NCBI GenBank assembly: GCA_039815375.1
Contig: JBCBZJ010000010.1
Location: 1-64,000, forward strand
DNA length: 64,000 nt
Reading direction: 5' to 3'
DNA from: Verrucomicrobiota bacterium
GTDB taxonomy: Bacteria > Verrucomicrobiota > Verrucomicrobiia > Opitutales > Coraliomargaritaceae
Shown in pieces: positions 50,121 through 62,053 of the stretch. A program made the position numbers and the translations under genes. The stretch's first letter is position 1; the number at the start of each line of letters is the position of its first letter. The notes beneath the pieces are model-generated. The model was not told where the DNA came from, did not search any database, and saw only the letters and a list, made by a program, of their open reading frames with translations.

Positions 50121-51373
50121 GAAGGGTTCTTTCCAAACTACAAGTCGGCGCGTTTTGGCTAGCACTCTGCACCATCCTGGCGCCTTCGATTAACGCAGCT
50201 CGTATTCATCTTGGGATCGACGTTTTAGAACAAGGTGGCTTTCGCGCCATAGCAGGGAAACGAGTGGGGCTACTGACCCACCCTGCCGGAGTAAACCGAA
50301 TAGGCGAAAGCAGTATCGACGTGCTGCGACGCGCGCCAAATGTTCACCTTGTCGCTTTATTTGGTCCAGAACATGGGATTTACGGTAACGAGAAGGCAAA
50401 CGTCCCTATTCAGAATAAGATCGATGCCCGCACAGGCCTTCCTGTTTTTTCACTTTACGGCGATTATCGAAAGCCAACTCCGGAAATGCTCCGCAACCTC
50501 GATGCGCTTGTTGTTGATCTGCAGGATGTCGGTGTTCGCTCTTATACCTATGTCAGTTGCATGCGCTATGCCATGGAAGCTTGTTTTCAGCAAGGAGTTG
50601 AAGTGGTGATCTTGGATCGGCCGAATCCTCTAGGCGGATTGAAAGTCGATGGACCTTCGCTGGATCGCGAATGGCGTAGCTACGTCGGGGCCTTCCATGT
50701 GCCCTATGTACACGGGCTCACAATAGCTGAACTCGCCCGAATTGCTAAAAACACGTCAGGCTGGATGAACATCCCGGATGATGTGCGTCGACGCGGCAAA
50801 CTGAGCATCATTCCGATGCGCGGTTGGCACCGCGATATGCTTTGGCCTGATACAGGGTTGAAATGGACCCCAACTTCGCCCTACGTGCCTGACCTTTCGG
50901 CTGTCCTTGGCTACGCGATGACAGGCCTGGGCGCACAGGAAGGTGGCTTTTCTCATGGCATCGGCACCCCTTATCCTTTTAGATTACTTCGCCATGAGGG
51001 CAAGTCTGCTGCCCAAGTAAAAAGAGCTTTGGAGGCACGCAGCATACCTGGCCTCAGCTTCCGCATCGTTCAAACGCAAAGTGCCGCCGGTGCACCCGTC
51101 GAGGGTGTCTATGTTAGCGTCCATGACTGGTCTGCGGTGCGTCCTACGGAAATCAGCTTTCATATGATGCAGATTACCGAAGCATGGACACCCGGCAATA
51201 CCTTTGCCGAGGCCAGTAACCCGGGACTTTTCAACAAACATGTCGGAAGCACAGCCTGGTGGAATGAGATAAGTCAGCGAGGGAGCCGAGCACGCGTGAG
51301 TTATTTCGTCGAAGGCTGGGCGAAAAACGCCTTTCGTTTTCGAGAAAGCGCAAAGCGCTTTTGGATCTATTGA
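50117..51373 (+). CDS. namZ: Exo-beta-N-acetylmuramidase NamZ (DUF1343)
   Basis: [37 protein letters not shown]. Confidence 0.9.
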   Translation: MRRVLSKLQVGAFWLALCTILAPSINAARIHLGIDVLEQGGFRAIAGKRVGLLTHPAGVNRIGESSIDVLRRAPNVHLVALFGPEHGIYGNEKANVPIQNKIDARTGLPVFSLYGDYRKPTPEMLRNLDALVVDLQDVGVRSYTYVSCMRYAMEACFQQGVEVVILDRPNPLGGLKVDGPSLDREWRSYVGAFHVPYVHGLTIAELARIAKNTSGWMNIPDDVRRRGKLSIIPMRGWHRDMLWPDTGLKWTPTSPYVPDLSAVLGYAMTGLGAQEGGFSHGIGTPYPFRLLRHEGKSAAQVKRALEARSIPGLSFRIVQTQSAAGAPVEGVYVSVHDWSAVRPTEISFHMMQITEAWTPGNTFAEASNPGLFNKHVGSTAWWNEISQRGSRARVSYFVEGWAKNAFRFRESAKRFWIY

Positions 51374-53697
51374 GAGCTGGCTAACAAAGCATTTTTGAAC
51401 CGGAACAAGGCAGCCTTCATGTCGGCGCTGGATATAGGCTTCGTTATAAAGTCCTCCATACCTGCCTCCATGCATGCTTCTCGGCTTTCGCCCAGAGCGT
51501 TTGCAGTCAATGCAGCAATGTAAGGCTGGTCGCGGCCATCATAGGCAGCACGTATCTCTCGACTTGCAGCCACCCCATCAAGATCAGGCATTTGAAGGTC
51601 CATTAAAATCAGATCGTAGTCTTTCCCGAGTGCCATATCGACGGCTTGCCTCCCATCCTTAGCCCAATCGGGTATCAAGCCGTGACGTCCAAGCAATTTA
51701 CTTGTTAGTTTAAAATTTGTCGGATCATCTTCTGCAACAAGCACGGCAAGTCCTTTTTCAACGTCAAGAGGTAGGTTCACACTACTATCTTTATCGGAGG
51801 ACTCAGGCTTTAGGATTAGGTCATCCAAATCACAGAAGCTGAACGTGAATGTGCTTCCTTTTCCCAAAGTGCTGTCCAACTCGATTGTGCCACCTAACAT
51901 TTCCACAATACGGCTACAGATAGCCAATCCCAAACCCGTGCCGCCATACTGCCTTGTGGTGGATGAGTCGGCCTGAGTAAAAGCGAGAAAAACGTCTCGT
52001 TGCTTGTCCTTTGCAATTCCTATACCACTATCTTCAACCGAAATATAGTAGAGCAGATGACCTCCTACGTCTTTTGTGGCCCATGCTTTAACGTATATCA
52101 TTCCTTCGTGAGTAAACTTAACGGCGTTGCTGATTAGATTGTTCAAGACCTGCTGCAAGCGCGTGCCATCGGTGTGCACGAACTTCGGAAGCGAGGAATA
52201 CAATTCGATTGAGAGACTGATTCCACGCCGTTCTGCATTGAGCTCGAAGAGACCGGTCACCTCCTGTATCATCTCAGCAAGATTCACACGGTTAACTTCG
52301 AGATGCATCTTACCTGCTTCGATTTTTGAGAGGTCAAGAATGCCATTTATAAGTTCAAGAAGGATATTGCCGGAGCGTCGGATTGCCGCCAAGTCACTTC
52401 GCTGCTCTGCGTTGAGCTCTGTTTCTTCCAACATCTCACTAAAGCCGATAATGGAATTCAGAGGCGTCCTGATTTCATGGCTCATAGTTGCAAGGAAGGC
52501 GCTCTTCGCCAAATTCGCTTCTTGCGCGGCATCTGCCAATTTTCGCGAGCGCACGGTCGCGAGTTGAAGCTCTTTCGTCCTTTGTCGAACTCTTTCTTCA
52601 ACCTCCGCGTAGCTGCGTCGCAACTTGTCTGTCATCTCGTTAAAAGCACGAGCCAGATCATCGAGCTCACTCTTTCCAGTCGCCGGCACCTGCAGATTGA
52701 AATTGCCCTCCGCCACAACCTTGAAGTTATCACGAAGGCGATTAATAGGACGACTGATACTTAATGAAAACCAGATAGACAGTATAACCGAGCCAGAGAG
52801 AAGCACGATGGCTGCAATCCAATAAATTACGCCGATGCGTTCACTAAGCGCCTTACTTTGCTGCTGCCCTCGCTCAATCAGGCGGTTTACCATCCCGCGT
52901 AGTCGAGCACCATGGTTCTCGAGCTCCCCGGCAAGTTCTGCCTCTTCGCGAGCTGCAATGGTAAATTCAACCGATAAAGCTGTTAATCCTAGGGTGATCT
53001 CATCGAGGAGCCGAGTATATTCAAGAAGACCGTCGACTTCGAGCTCAACGGCACGCCTCTTCAGAGTATCGATTTCCTCAATGTAAGCTTCTTTCGCTAT
53101 ATCAAAATTTGCGTGAAAGCGATTTACATCATTCTCGAGCAACAAATCCCGGTCGATGATACTGACCGCACGATTAAGCCAACCCCACAAATGGCCGTTG
53201 GCAAAAATAACCAGGTCGAGCTGGTCACGTAGTGCACCTTCCGATGACTCACGTTTCAGGTAAAGCTGGTCATGAAAATTCTGATTATCGACGCCAAATC
53301 GAACGATGTCTGTGCGGACATCACGATCCAAACCGGAAAGAAACTGCTTGCTCTGGACCATACGGCCAAAGAGCTCGGAGTAATCATCAACTCGCTCGAG
53401 CATTCCATACAGGAATATCGATTCAATCTGGTCCGATTCTTCGACAATCTCCTCAAGTTTAGTTCGCGTTGCACGCAATGAATCGTCTACATACTCTGCA
53501 CCTGTAAGTCGGTCCTGGAAGACCCGGCTACCAATAAGGACATTGGATATTTCCCGGGCGACGGAATAGAGCGAATTAAGCCGCCTTTCCTGAAGCTGAA
53601 CCTGATTCATCGTATACCGGCTCAAACCTAAGAAAAACGCGAACAGTATAATCGCACCACATAGAGCTATAATAATTTTCGTCGATACTCTCATCAA
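51367..53697 (-). CDS. Hybrid sensor histidine kinase (periplasmic domain, HAMP, HisKA, HATPase, REC)
   Basis: [43 protein letters not shown]. Confidence 0.96.
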   Translation of the reverse strand: MMRVSTKIIIALCGAIILFAFFLGLSRYTMNQVQLQERRLNSLYSVAREISNVLIGSRVFQDRLTGAEYVDDSLRATRTKLEEIVEESDQIESIFLYGMLERVDDYSELFGRMVQSKQFLSGLDRDVRTDIVRFGVDNQNFHDQLYLKRESSEGALRDQLDLVIFANGHLWGWLNRAVSIIDRDLLLENDVNRFHANFDIAKEAYIEEIDTLKRRAVELEVDGLLEYTRLLDEITLGLTALSVEFTIAAREEAELAGELENHGARLRGMVNRLIERGQQQSKALSERIGVIYWIAAIVLLSGSVILSIWFSLSISRPINRLRDNFKVVAEGNFNLQVPATGKSELDDLARAFNEMTDKLRRSYAEVEERVRQRTKELQLATVRSRKLADAAQEANLAKSAFLATMSHEIRTPLNSIIGFSEMLEETELNAEQRSDLAAIRRSGNILLELINGILDLSKIEAGKMHLEVNRVNLAEMIQEVTGLFELNAERRGISLSIELYSSLPKFVHTDGTRLQQVLNNLISNAVKFTHEGMIYVKAWATKDVGGHLLYYISVEDSGIGIAKDKQRDVFLAFTQADSSTTRQYGGTGLGLAICSRIVEMLGGTIELDSTLGKGSTFTFSFCDLDDLILKPESSDKDSSVNLPLDVEKGLAVLVAEDDPTNFKLTSKLLGRHGLIPDWAKDGRQAVDMALGKDYDLILMDLQMPDLDGVAASREIRAAYDGRDQPYIAALTANALGESREACMEAGMEDFITKPISSADMKAALFRFKNALLASSQ

Positions 53698-53702
53698 TAC
53701 AG

Positions 53703-54926
53703 TTAGTCAGGTAATTTGGATATGATAACCGCATGCGGTTCGCCCTCTGAAAATTCGGAAATGAGAATAGGAATGCAAATCTGTCGATTGGCTCCAAAAG
53801 AGGTTTCTCCTGTCAAGGTGAAGGTTCGCTCATCCTTAAAAAATGGGTCCTCAAATTCTGCTTCATCAAAAATCTGATAGAATTCCGAAGTCTGTTCAAG
53901 TGCCGCAAGACCAACCTTCTGAACACTCTGAAAAATCAGTTCCAGAGCATAGAACTTGGTATCAACTTCATCGCTCCAGTATCCGGTCATTTCTAGATAA
54001 CGACGCCTTAAATCCAAATAGTAATCGCTTCGTTGATCAAGCGGCAAGGTCCCACCAACAAAATAGAGGCGATTGGCGTCAGGTCCGATTTTTTGCAGCA
54101 TATCGATATCCTGCGCATTCTGCGTCGCGATAATACCCTCAAAGCCGGTCTCTCGGAGCTGGATAACAATACTGCTGAATTCACTGGGTGGAAAACCGAC
54201 CAAAAGAAGCGCTTCCGGAGAAGCAGCTGTAATCAGCGCAGCTCTCTCAGCGAGCTGTTCTCTTGTTTTATTTGGAGGCAAAGTCTCTTCACTCACATCA
54301 AATTTACTGAAACGTTGAACTTCTATACCAACTGATTCAGCGAGGCTTTGCGCGATACCTTTTTGATAAATTGCTTCTTCGACGTCACGTGCGAGTATCG
54401 CAAGAGTCTGAACGGATTTTTCGGAAGCCAGATAGTCAAAAAGAACAGGCATGGATTGCTCTGCTATCGGCATGCCAAGGATTCCGAGACTACTTGAGCT
54501 TATGACCTCAGGCTGAAACCCGTAGTGGATAAAGAGAATGCCAGCCGCATCGAGAACAGGAGCAGCCGCCACAATTGCGTCATCTCCGAGCGGCCCAATC
54601 ACGTAACGCAAATTGTCTTCTGCAAGAAGATATGCTGCCTCAACCGCCCGACCCGGCTCCAGTGCATCATCTTTAATCACAAATTCGATGGGGACTTTTT
54701 GCCCATCGATCAGAATCCCTCCCCGCTCGTTATGATAGGCTGCCATAGCTCGTGCGCAGCTTAAGGTGGCTTCGCCCCATGATTGGCCCGGACCACTGAG
54801 CGACGCGATAATACCGACTCTGAGAACAGGCTTCTCGCCGATCATTTCCTTTCCGCAGCCAACCAGCCCGACCAAATAGCCGATGGCTATAATGACGGCA
54901 AGAGTCAGCTGCAGGACCGTTTTCAT
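53703..54926 (-). CDS. Type I periplasmic binding lipoprotein (LivJ-like)
   Basis: Lipobox [15 protein letters not shown]...WG; YVIGP. Confidence 0.85.
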   Translation of the reverse strand: MKTVLQLTLAVIIAIGYLVGLVGCGKEMIGEKPVLRVGIIASLSGPGQSWGEATLSCARAMAAYHNERGGILIDGQKVPIEFVIKDDALEPGRAVEAAYLLAEDNLRYVIGPLGDDAIVAAAPVLDAAGILFIHYGFQPEVISSSSLGILGMPIAEQSMPVLFDYLASEKSVQTLAILARDVEEAIYQKGIAQSLAESVGIEVQRFSKFDVSEETLPPNKTREQLAERAALITAASPEALLLVGFPPSEFSSIVIQLRETGFEGIIATQNAQDIDMLQKIGPDANRLYFVGGTLPLDQRSDYYLDLRRRYLEMTGYWSDEVDTKFYALELIFQSVQKVGLAALEQTSEFYQIFDEAEFEDPFFKDERTFTLTGETSFGANRQICIPILISEFSEGEPHAVIISKLPD

Positions 54927-57253
54927 TCTTGCGGGTAGAATAGAATTCTATCGTGAACAAGCAGTGTTAAATCCAACTTCCCATCGCCCGTAAACTCCTC
55001 AATTATAATCTGTCTAGGCTCGAGCTTCGCACCAGTGCGCCCTCGGTAGTGCATGTTTTGCTCAAAGACCTGCCAAAACATCCGACTACTCCACCCTTCC
55101 TCGCCATGCGACAGGATGTCGACCACATGCTGGCTTCCATCGACAACAGCTAGCTCGAGCTTTCCATCACCGTCGAAATCTTCACCCACAACATGGCTAT
55201 AATGAATGTCTTCCAAGTCTGTCTCATAGGTTTGCCGGACAATCCATGAGCGCACCTTATCACGGCCACTGAAAAACCAGAAGCGGTCCTCGCCTGCAAA
55301 GATATAAGCTGGCTCGATTTTTTCGTTTCGTCCCGGAATCACCCTCCAATCAATCAAGTCGATTTGGCCAACATCAATCGCTTTTTCGTAGCGAAAGACA
55401 CCGTCTTCATTACGTTTCAAGAACTGCATCTCACCATCTTCTCCAACATAGAGTGTGACGCCGGTTAAGTTCGGCCCCTCGCTCATGGGAATGACTGCAT
55501 GAACAACATCTTTGCCTCGGCGCGCATTGAACTGATCCACCATTTCAAGCTGTCCGTCGGAAAACCTAAAAGCTCTGGCGAAACCCTGCAATGCCGCGAC
55601 AAGCTCATTAGTCTGATCGGCATCAACGTCAAAAATCGATATCTGCGCTGGCTCAACACCTTTCAAGAGGCTCTCCCGTATACTGGACTTGTTTGCAACA
55701 GAAATGAGATCAAAGCCATTATCAGAGTCAGGAGCATACAAAACCGGTGCCTCCCTTGGAATAAAGAGCATAAGACCGGGTCTGGTTCCGCCAAAAATAT
55801 CGACGACCTTGAGTGCCCCGGGCTTCCGCCGGACGCCATCGATTGGAGTTTCAAAAAGCAAATCCCATGATGATAAAGGATCTTCTCGAACAGATGGAGC
55901 CGCTAGAATGAGCTGATAACCACCTTTTTCGTTTTCATAGACCAAGACGAGCTCGTCGAGTCCATCACCATCCATATCATATGCTTGAGAACAAATTGGA
56001 CTTCCGGCAACGACCTTCAGCTGCTTCGGAAATGATAAACGCCCGCTTCCATCAAGCCGACTTAGACCGATCGTCTTTTCTTCCTCACTGATGACAATCA
56101 ATGCCTCCTCAGCACCTTCAAAAAAACGACCCATACTAAGAGACGAAATGAGCGAGAAGGACGGGAAAGCATTCGAGAACTGATAGCGACCATCCTTCTT
56201 GGAAAAAAGTAAGAGCTCCGCTTCAGCAGGATTAGCGACAACCAAATCGACCTCATCATCACGATTGACATCGCCAAAGGCATAGCTCGCCGACTCGCGA
56301 ACTTTTTGGAAGATGGGATAGATTTCAGGGGCACCTTGGAGAACCGCAGGCACGTTTCGATCCGCATCGGACTCCTCTAAGGATATAAACTCAAGCGTGC
56401 CACTTCTGGAATCGACGACCGTAAGCGTTCCTACCTCCTTGGCAGAATCAGGCAGTGGTTTAACAATTCGAGCCGGCCGTTCCATCACATGTCGGCTTTC
56501 TGGCCCAAAAGCCCCACTCGGGAGTTGTTCTCTCATCGCAAGAACCTGTTTACCATCCGTGCTCAAATAGAGCAAATCAAGCAACCCGTCTCCGGTCGCA
56601 TCCGTAATCACTAAATTGAATGGATTTTCTCCTGTGATATAGAGGACTTCAGGTTCGCCCAGGCCCTCCTCCCCGTCCTGCGAAAAAATCCGAATTGCAT
56701 CGGCTGACACAACCACCAACTCATCCAAGCCATCACCGTCCAAATCAGAAACATTCAAAGTATTGGTCCAACCAAGAGCTTCGAATCCATCAAACTCACG
56801 AACCTCAATCCAATCTCCGCCTTCCGCCTGGTAGCGAACCGTAAGTGGAGCTTCGCGCGCACTATACGCAATATCGACCAAACCATCTCCATTGAGGTCT
56901 CCGACACCTAAATCGAACATGGGAAAGCCAACCGTGATCGACTTGTTCTCGAAGCGAGCATCTTCCAGAACTGGGTCCCAGCGATTGCGGTTCACGGTTT
57001 TCTTGCTGCTTCCGGAATCTTCACCTTCTGGCAATTGATAGAGCAGTTCCACGCGTGCGGCATCGTTATTGATCAAGACAAGATCCCGTAAACCATCATT
57101 GTCGAGGTCCGTTGCAGAAAGCGCACGGGTCGACCAATCCATTTTGAAGACTTCAGGTTCACCAAAGCCGTAGGTCAAAGCGCTTTGGACCTCTTTGCCA
57201 TTGAGCATAAGTGGCGCTGCGGCCAGAACAAATAATCGTAAACTCCGGATCAT
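54923..57253 (-). CDS. FG-GAP/VCBS repeat exported protein
   Basis: Multiple DxDxDG repeats (DLDNDGLRD, DLNGDGLVD, DLDGDGLDE, DFDGDGKLE). Confidence 0.9.
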   Translation of the reverse strand: MIRSLRLFVLAAAPLMLNGKEVQSALTYGFGEPEVFKMDWSTRALSATDLDNDGLRDLVLINNDAARVELLYQLPEGEDSGSSKKTVNRNRWDPVLEDARFENKSITVGFPMFDLGVGDLNGDGLVDIAYSAREAPLTVRYQAEGGDWIEVREFDGFEALGWTNTLNVSDLDGDGLDELVVVSADAIRIFSQDGEEGLGEPEVLYITGENPFNLVITDATGDGLLDLLYLSTDGKQVLAMREQLPSGAFGPESRHVMERPARIVKPLPDSAKEVGTLTVVDSRSGTLEFISLEESDADRNVPAVLQGAPEIYPIFQKVRESASYAFGDVNRDDEVDLVVANPAEAELLLFSKKDGRYQFSNAFPSFSLISSLSMGRFFEGAEEALIVISEEEKTIGLSRLDGSGRLSFPKQLKVVAGSPICSQAYDMDGDGLDELVLVYENEKGGYQLILAAPSVREDPLSSWDLLFETPIDGVRRKPGALKVVDIFGGTRPGLMLFIPREAPVLYAPDSDNGFDLISVANKSSIRESLLKGVEPAQISIFDVDADQTNELVAALQGFARAFRFSDGQLEMVDQFNARRGKDVVHAVIPMSEGPNLTGVTLYVGEDGEMQFLKRNEDGVFRYEKAIDVGQIDLIDWRVIPGRNEKIEPAYIFAGEDRFWFFSGRDKVRSWIVRQTYETDLEDIHYSHVVGEDFDGDGKLELAVVDGSQHVVDILSHGEEGWSSRMFWQVFEQNMHYRGRTGAKLEPRQIIIEEFTGDGKLDLTLLVHDRILFYPQE

Positions 57254-59028
57254 TGGGAAACCTCTTTCCTTAGCATAATGGACCGAGTGTAGAAACCATC
57301 CGGCGCCTCGCTTGTTTCTGTTATAAAATGCCAGTCCAATTGCAGATCGGACGGTATCTTGTTTGGATCAAAGGCAAGACCAGTCTGTGCATACCGGCTC
57401 GCATCAACCATCGACGAAAGCAGCGGAAGGATGATCGCTCCAAAGTCGTAGTAGGATCGGGCGACTGCATCGGGCCGTTCAATTCGCTCAAAAAGAGCCT
57501 CTATCTCAGGTAATTGCCAAAAACCCGAATCCTGGGTCTGCATCGCGGTTAACACCTGTTGAACTAATCCTACTCGCCCAATACTGAAAATGAAATGACC
57601 GCGCGTGACAACAAAGCTGACATCCATTACAGGTGCGTCGGGCACACTGGGGTCTTCTGCTCCCGGAATCGTGTGTATCGTTTCACCTTCATACTCCAAG
57701 GTCCTAATTTGCGCACGGGCTCCAGGCATCATGTCTTTCAAAATCTCTACAGCATCAGAAAGTGCCTGCGAATCCTTGATTGAAAAAACGAATAACTGCT
57801 CGGGCTCGATCATGCTCGAAGCACTCTGAGAATCCCCAGGAAGGAGAGAGAGGGTAACCATCTCGGGGTCGAAGTTATCTAGAATTGCTGCGCGCATATC
57901 CAGACCGCTCTGATTCTTGAAATTCTGGAGATGAATGTCCAGAAGCGGCATCGCACCTGGACTTGCTGTTGATAAAATAAACTCGAGGCTATCGAGCATT
58001 GCGCCCGGGTCAAAACGCGTCACAGCACTGGAAAAGATTTTTTCCGGAACGTAGGGTGCCTTCGGCAATTCACCGTCCGCATAAGCCATCAACTTCATGA
58101 GGCCCGCCTTTTCTCTGTAAACGACCGAATTGTAGAACATCAGCCCGTTATCGACTAGGTCGAATTCGAAGCTTAGAGCCTGCAGCTCCTCAAGCGCAAG
58201 TGCCGTGTTGAAGCCCTGTGCGCTTACACCGAACATGGCAAGGCTTTGAACGGCCTTTTGCTGGAGCGCTTGATTAAGTGGCGGCATCAGGGATTCAAAA
58301 TTAAGATAGATTGAAAAGTCCCCTCGTCCCGATTCTTCGCGCGCACGTTGATAAGCAGAATTTGAGGCAAGCGAATCATCACTGCCAACCTTGATTGCCT
58401 CAACAATTGTGCGCATCCGGTCTTCCGGTGTCGCCAAAATGAAAACACCGTCGACGAGAGCATAACCGTCTTCCACATAAGTTTTCTCACCGTCGAAGGT
58501 CTCATCAAAGTAAAGCGTCTCGCCCATGAAAGTCTCTTCTATCATTTCGTGTTCAATGAGCGGGTTAAATTTCTCCTGGGCTTTGGCATTCCGCTCAAAC
58601 TGAACTTGCATAAGCTCGTTCAAGCGCTCTTCGCTGGAACTAAATTCGGCAAGAATCGCAATATCAGGATTGTCGTCCTGCTTCAAAATGAGCTCGGGCA
58701 TATTGTAGATCGCCAGCGAGAATTGGCCCGGCAACAGTTCAAACAGATCCTCCCAAGTCAGGCCAAAATCATTTTTCATGACATCTGTAAATCCCGGTTC
58801 GCCATCCGCCGAGGTAGATTTGATAATCGGCTCGAAGAAGGCCAAGAGCGAATCATCTGCAAGGATTTCTGCAATCGGGTGATCCTGCCAGGATTCCCGA
58901 ATTTCGGAAATATCTCTGAGAGTCAAAACCATGTCTGCCTCAGTTTCAATCAATTCAGCAAACGGCGTCGCAGTGAGATTCAGCGTCAGGCTGAAAAATA
59001 GGAAAGAAGTAAATAGCGTTCTAGTCAT
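57250..59028 (-). CDS. Exported hypothetical protein (DUF3352-like)
   Basis: Signal peptide; acidic 592 aa ORF; ATGA overlap with the downstream gene. The family guess is weak. Confidence 0.7.
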   Translation of the reverse strand: MTRTLFTSFLFFSLTLNLTATPFAELIETEADMVLTLRDISEIRESWQDHPIAEILADDSLLAFFEPIIKSTSADGEPGFTDVMKNDFGLTWEDLFELLPGQFSLAIYNMPELILKQDDNPDIAILAEFSSSEERLNELMQVQFERNAKAQEKFNPLIEHEMIEETFMGETLYFDETFDGEKTYVEDGYALVDGVFILATPEDRMRTIVEAIKVGSDDSLASNSAYQRAREESGRGDFSIYLNFESLMPPLNQALQQKAVQSLAMFGVSAQGFNTALALEELQALSFEFDLVDNGLMFYNSVVYREKAGLMKLMAYADGELPKAPYVPEKIFSSAVTRFDPGAMLDSLEFILSTASPGAMPLLDIHLQNFKNQSGLDMRAAILDNFDPEMVTLSLLPGDSQSASSMIEPEQLFVFSIKDSQALSDAVEILKDMMPGARAQIRTLEYEGETIHTIPGAEDPSVPDAPVMDVSFVVTRGHFIFSIGRVGLVQQVLTAMQTQDSGFWQLPEIEALFERIERPDAVARSYYDFGAIILPLLSSMVDASRYAQTGLAFDPNKIPSDLQLDWHFITETSEAPDGFYTRSIMLRKEVSQ

Positions 59029-59057
59029 CAGGAAAATAGAAAGGTCAATGATTGAAG

Positions 59058-59984
59058 CTACTCTGAGCCGAGCTTCGGAGGGTTCAAATATCGGAAACCT
59101 GCATTAGGATTGCGCGGGTCGAAAGCATAGGCTTCCAGATTGTCTAGAAACGACTTAAGTGTCCGGGAAGAGATTGAAAACCCGAGGCCCTCTGCTCCGA
59201 CAGCTGCGATCTTCATATTGTTCACACCGACGACTTCACCTTTGAGATTGAAGAGAGGTCCGCCTGAGTTGCCCGGGTTGATTTGGGTCGTGGTTTGTAA
59301 ATAGAGTCGACCGCTGATTACGCGATTTGCCACGCTGATGATCCCCTCCGATACGGTTCGGTCCAGACCCAACGGGCTACCAATCGCAAATACGGTCTGG
59401 CCTTCGCGCAAGCCCTCGTCGGCACCGGCAATCGAGACGATTTTCAGAGGCTCACCGACAGCTTCGTCGATCTTCAGCAAAGCCAAATCGAGCTCCGCAC
59501 TCGTCGCAACAATTCGCACATTGTCGTAATTATCTTTCCTTAACTCACGCTCGCCCTCTTTGAAAATAGTAACCGAGATACGATGCTCTCCGGCGATAAC
59601 ATGATTGTTCGTGACAATATATCCATCCTCGTTGATGACGAATCCGGAGCCCAGCCCGGTTGGTGTCTGGATCAAGGCAACTGCTTCGCCCAATTGGTCT
59701 ACCCAATCACGGATCGAACGATCATCCCGCATTGTCGAGGTCTGATAGAGTGAATCGGGGCTTATCGAACTTTCTACGCCCGCGGAATCCGCGCTGCGTA
59801 TCGAAGCGATCAAATCCTTAGGCACCTCAACTACTTCAAAACCCAGGTCGAGGTAGTAACTATCTGCCCGCTCAATCACCACCTCACCTCGAATTGCAGC
59901 ACCATTCTTCAATTCGATCGATTGGAATCCGTGAAGGCCCGTGCAGATGCCTAAAACGAGGCAGAGAAATTTAAAATTCAGCAT
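59058..59984 (-). CDS. S1C/HtrA-like trypsin serine protease lacking PDZ domains
   Basis: GSGFVI, TNNHV, DLALLK, INPGNSGGPL; the protein ends shortly after the protease domain. Confidence 0.93.
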   Translation of the reverse strand: MLNFKFLCLVLGICTGLHGFQSIELKNGAAIRGEVVIERADSYYLDLGFEVVEVPKDLIASIRSADSAGVESSISPDSLYQTSTMRDDRSIRDWVDQLGEAVALIQTPTGLGSGFVINEDGYIVTNNHVIAGEHRISVTIFKEGERELRKDNYDNVRIVATSAELDLALLKIDEAVGEPLKIVSIAGADEGLREGQTVFAIGSPLGLDRTVSEGIISVANRVISGRLYLQTTTQINPGNSGGPLFNLKGEVVGVNNMKIAAVGAEGLGFSISSRTLKSFLDNLEAYAFDPRNPNAGFRYLNPPKLGSE

Positions 59985-60114
59985 GAAACGGAAAGAAAAC
60001 CAAAAAGCCCGATCAGGCCAACAAAAAGCCACATTTAGGCGCTACCGTCCAGAGGTAAGCAGCGAGATCAGAATCAAAGAGTTCTCAAGCCAGCGTCTCG
60101 CGCTTCACGAAAAA

Positions 60115-60849
60115 CTAGGACTGCGGCATTTCGAAGTAAAAACTAAGCACACCCGGGTTCACCAGAATCGAATCAATCCGGACAATAGAAACAGTTTCTC
60201 CCCCGATTCGATTTTCAATCTCGTGCGCAAAAGGATAGCCTTTTACATCCCTGTAGTCTCGATAAATGGTCTGGAACTCGGCAACGCCCTCTTCATTCAA
60301 TTGATCTACTTGCAACACATGCGAGTTGCGAACATCAAGAAAGTAGCGGCTTAATACGCTTTCTGCTTCAGTAATTTCCAAAACATAACTTTCGCGCCCA
60401 CCAACCCATGAATGCCCACTCAGCGTAATTCTGTTCTCAGGCTTCTCTAGGTGGCGGCATAAAGGGCCTTCAAATCTCGCCTCACGCTTAATCGCTTTGA
60501 GCTGATCTCCGGAGAGCGATTCGACGAACGTTTCCTCACCGTTACTGGTCTGAAGCCAACCATCCTCGCCATTGTAGCCTGTTACGAAAGTCACTTCTCC
60601 TTTTTCTAATCGGTAGCGAATCGAAGAAGGCCTTTTTTTACGGACAAGGAAAGGATACTCTATCCCATCCTGAATCTGGACCCCTTGGAAGGTAACTGCG
60701 GTCAATTTGTTGGCCTCGCGTAAATCTCCATAAGTGTCCGTATAACGCTTTAGAATCTTTTGAATGATGAATGCATCACTACTGTCCTGGGCACAAAGCT
60801 GTATGCCGCAGAAAACAAAGAGACAGGCTGTCAGAAATAGACGAAACAC
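60115..60849 (-). CDS. Exported LolA-like / outer-membrane lipoprotein-sorting family protein
   Basis: Signal peptide; KRP..IRY, GYNGEDGW, RYFLD, YRDYRDVKGYPF...F.MP. Confidence 0.7.
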   Translation of the reverse strand: MFRLFLTACLFVFCGIQLCAQDSSDAFIIQKILKRYTDTYGDLREANKLTAVTFQGVQIQDGIEYPFLVRKKRPSSIRYRLEKGEVTFVTGYNGEDGWLQTSNGEETFVESLSGDQLKAIKREARFEGPLCRHLEKPENRITLSGHSWVGGRESYVLEITEAESVLSRYFLDVRNSHVLQVDQLNEEGVAEFQTIYRDYRDVKGYPFAHEIENRIGGETVSIVRIDSILVNPGVLSFYFEMPQS

Positions 60850-60939
60850 AAACTACACCAAAAAAGTAAGGGCGCTGACGCAAGCAATTCCAAAGTGAAT
60901 CTCAAAGAACTCTCAAGCCCACGAGCAGGCTCAAGCCCG

Positions 60940-62043
60940 TCATTCGACCTCTAGGATTAGCCCCTTAAGCAAATTGCTCTCAGGCAAATGGAGCATAGAG
61001 GGAAAATCAAAGGGCTGCCCCGTGCGTGCAAAAACTCTTGCTTCACGACCAGCACATGCGGCTGCATCAGCCACCAAGCGCTCAAAGGACTGACCGGAGA
61101 TTTTGTTGTCACGGCAGTATGTCGCAAGCAATCCACCAGACGCACAGGTAATCAGGGCTTTTCGGTGAAGCTCTTCAACAGACCCTCGATCCGCAAAAAA
61201 ACATGACGGTGGATCCAGGATGATCCCATCCAGAGTGCCTGCATCACAGCCACTAATATATTTCAAGGCGTCGCTTGTCACAGTTTCAATCGGGCACCTG
61301 TTCTGCTGCGCATTTGCCCCAATTGCTTTGACGTAATTCTCCTCAACATCCAGCGCAACAACCCGCTCCGCCCCTGCGCGTGCCGCCTGAAGAGCAAAAG
61401 CTCCAGAGTGCGAAAATGCATCGAGAACGGTACGCCCCTCGCAGAGACTGCCCACCAATGCATGTTGTTCACGCTGATCCAAAAAGAACGCGGGCTTATC
61501 TGTATTCAGCAAATCGATACGGTATTCGATATCATCGATCTCTATCCATCGCCCTCTGAGACCCTGTCCACTGGCAGTTCTCGGATCTTCGATTGAATCG
61601 ATGACGATTTCGGTTACAGACAAATTGTCCCGGATAACTTCGGTGATTAAGTCAATATGTTGTCTTGTCGTATTTGTTTCCAGTGTCACCCGGGCGACGT
61701 CATTAAACAAATCGACAATCAAACCAGGCAAATAATCCGCGTCCGAGCTGACGAGGCGCTGGCAGCTCTCTTCAGCCCTCTTATGCATCGCCTCGACGAT
61801 CGCAGAAGCAATGTATGCCTCGTCAAAAGCGATATCCTCGGCTAGTGAGTAGCGTCGCCACGCAGCAACAGGGTCTTGGCGGTCAAAAATTCCACAACCG
61901 AGAAAGTATCCCGTTGAATCAATCAAAGCGACAGATTCTCCGTCTGACAAGTCAGCCGAAATCTCTGCAAGTTGTTTCAGGTCAACCCAAGGGTGACCTC
62001 TGACACGACTGCAACGCTCAATCCGTATAATTCTCAGGGCCAT
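60940..62043 (-). CDS. RlmI-like class I SAM rRNA methyltransferase
   Basis: GHPWV, DADYLPGLIVD, FFLDQRE, VLDAFSHSGAF, IILDPP. Confidence 0.88.
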   Translation of the reverse strand: MALRIIRIERCSRVRGHPWVDLKQLAEISADLSDGESVALIDSTGYFLGCGIFDRQDPVAAWRRYSLAEDIAFDEAYIASAIVEAMHKRAEESCQRLVSSDADYLPGLIVDLFNDVARVTLETNTTRQHIDLITEVIRDNLSVTEIVIDSIEDPRTASGQGLRGRWIEIDDIEYRIDLLNTDKPAFFLDQREQHALVGSLCEGRTVLDAFSHSGAFALQAARAGAERVVALDVEENYVKAIGANAQQNRCPIETVTSDALKYISGCDAGTLDGIILDPPSCFFADRGSVEELHRKALITCASGGLLATYCRDNKISGQSFERLVADAAACAGREARVFARTGQPFDFPSMLHLPESNLLKGLILEVE

Positions 62044-62053
62044 GGCCCCACAG

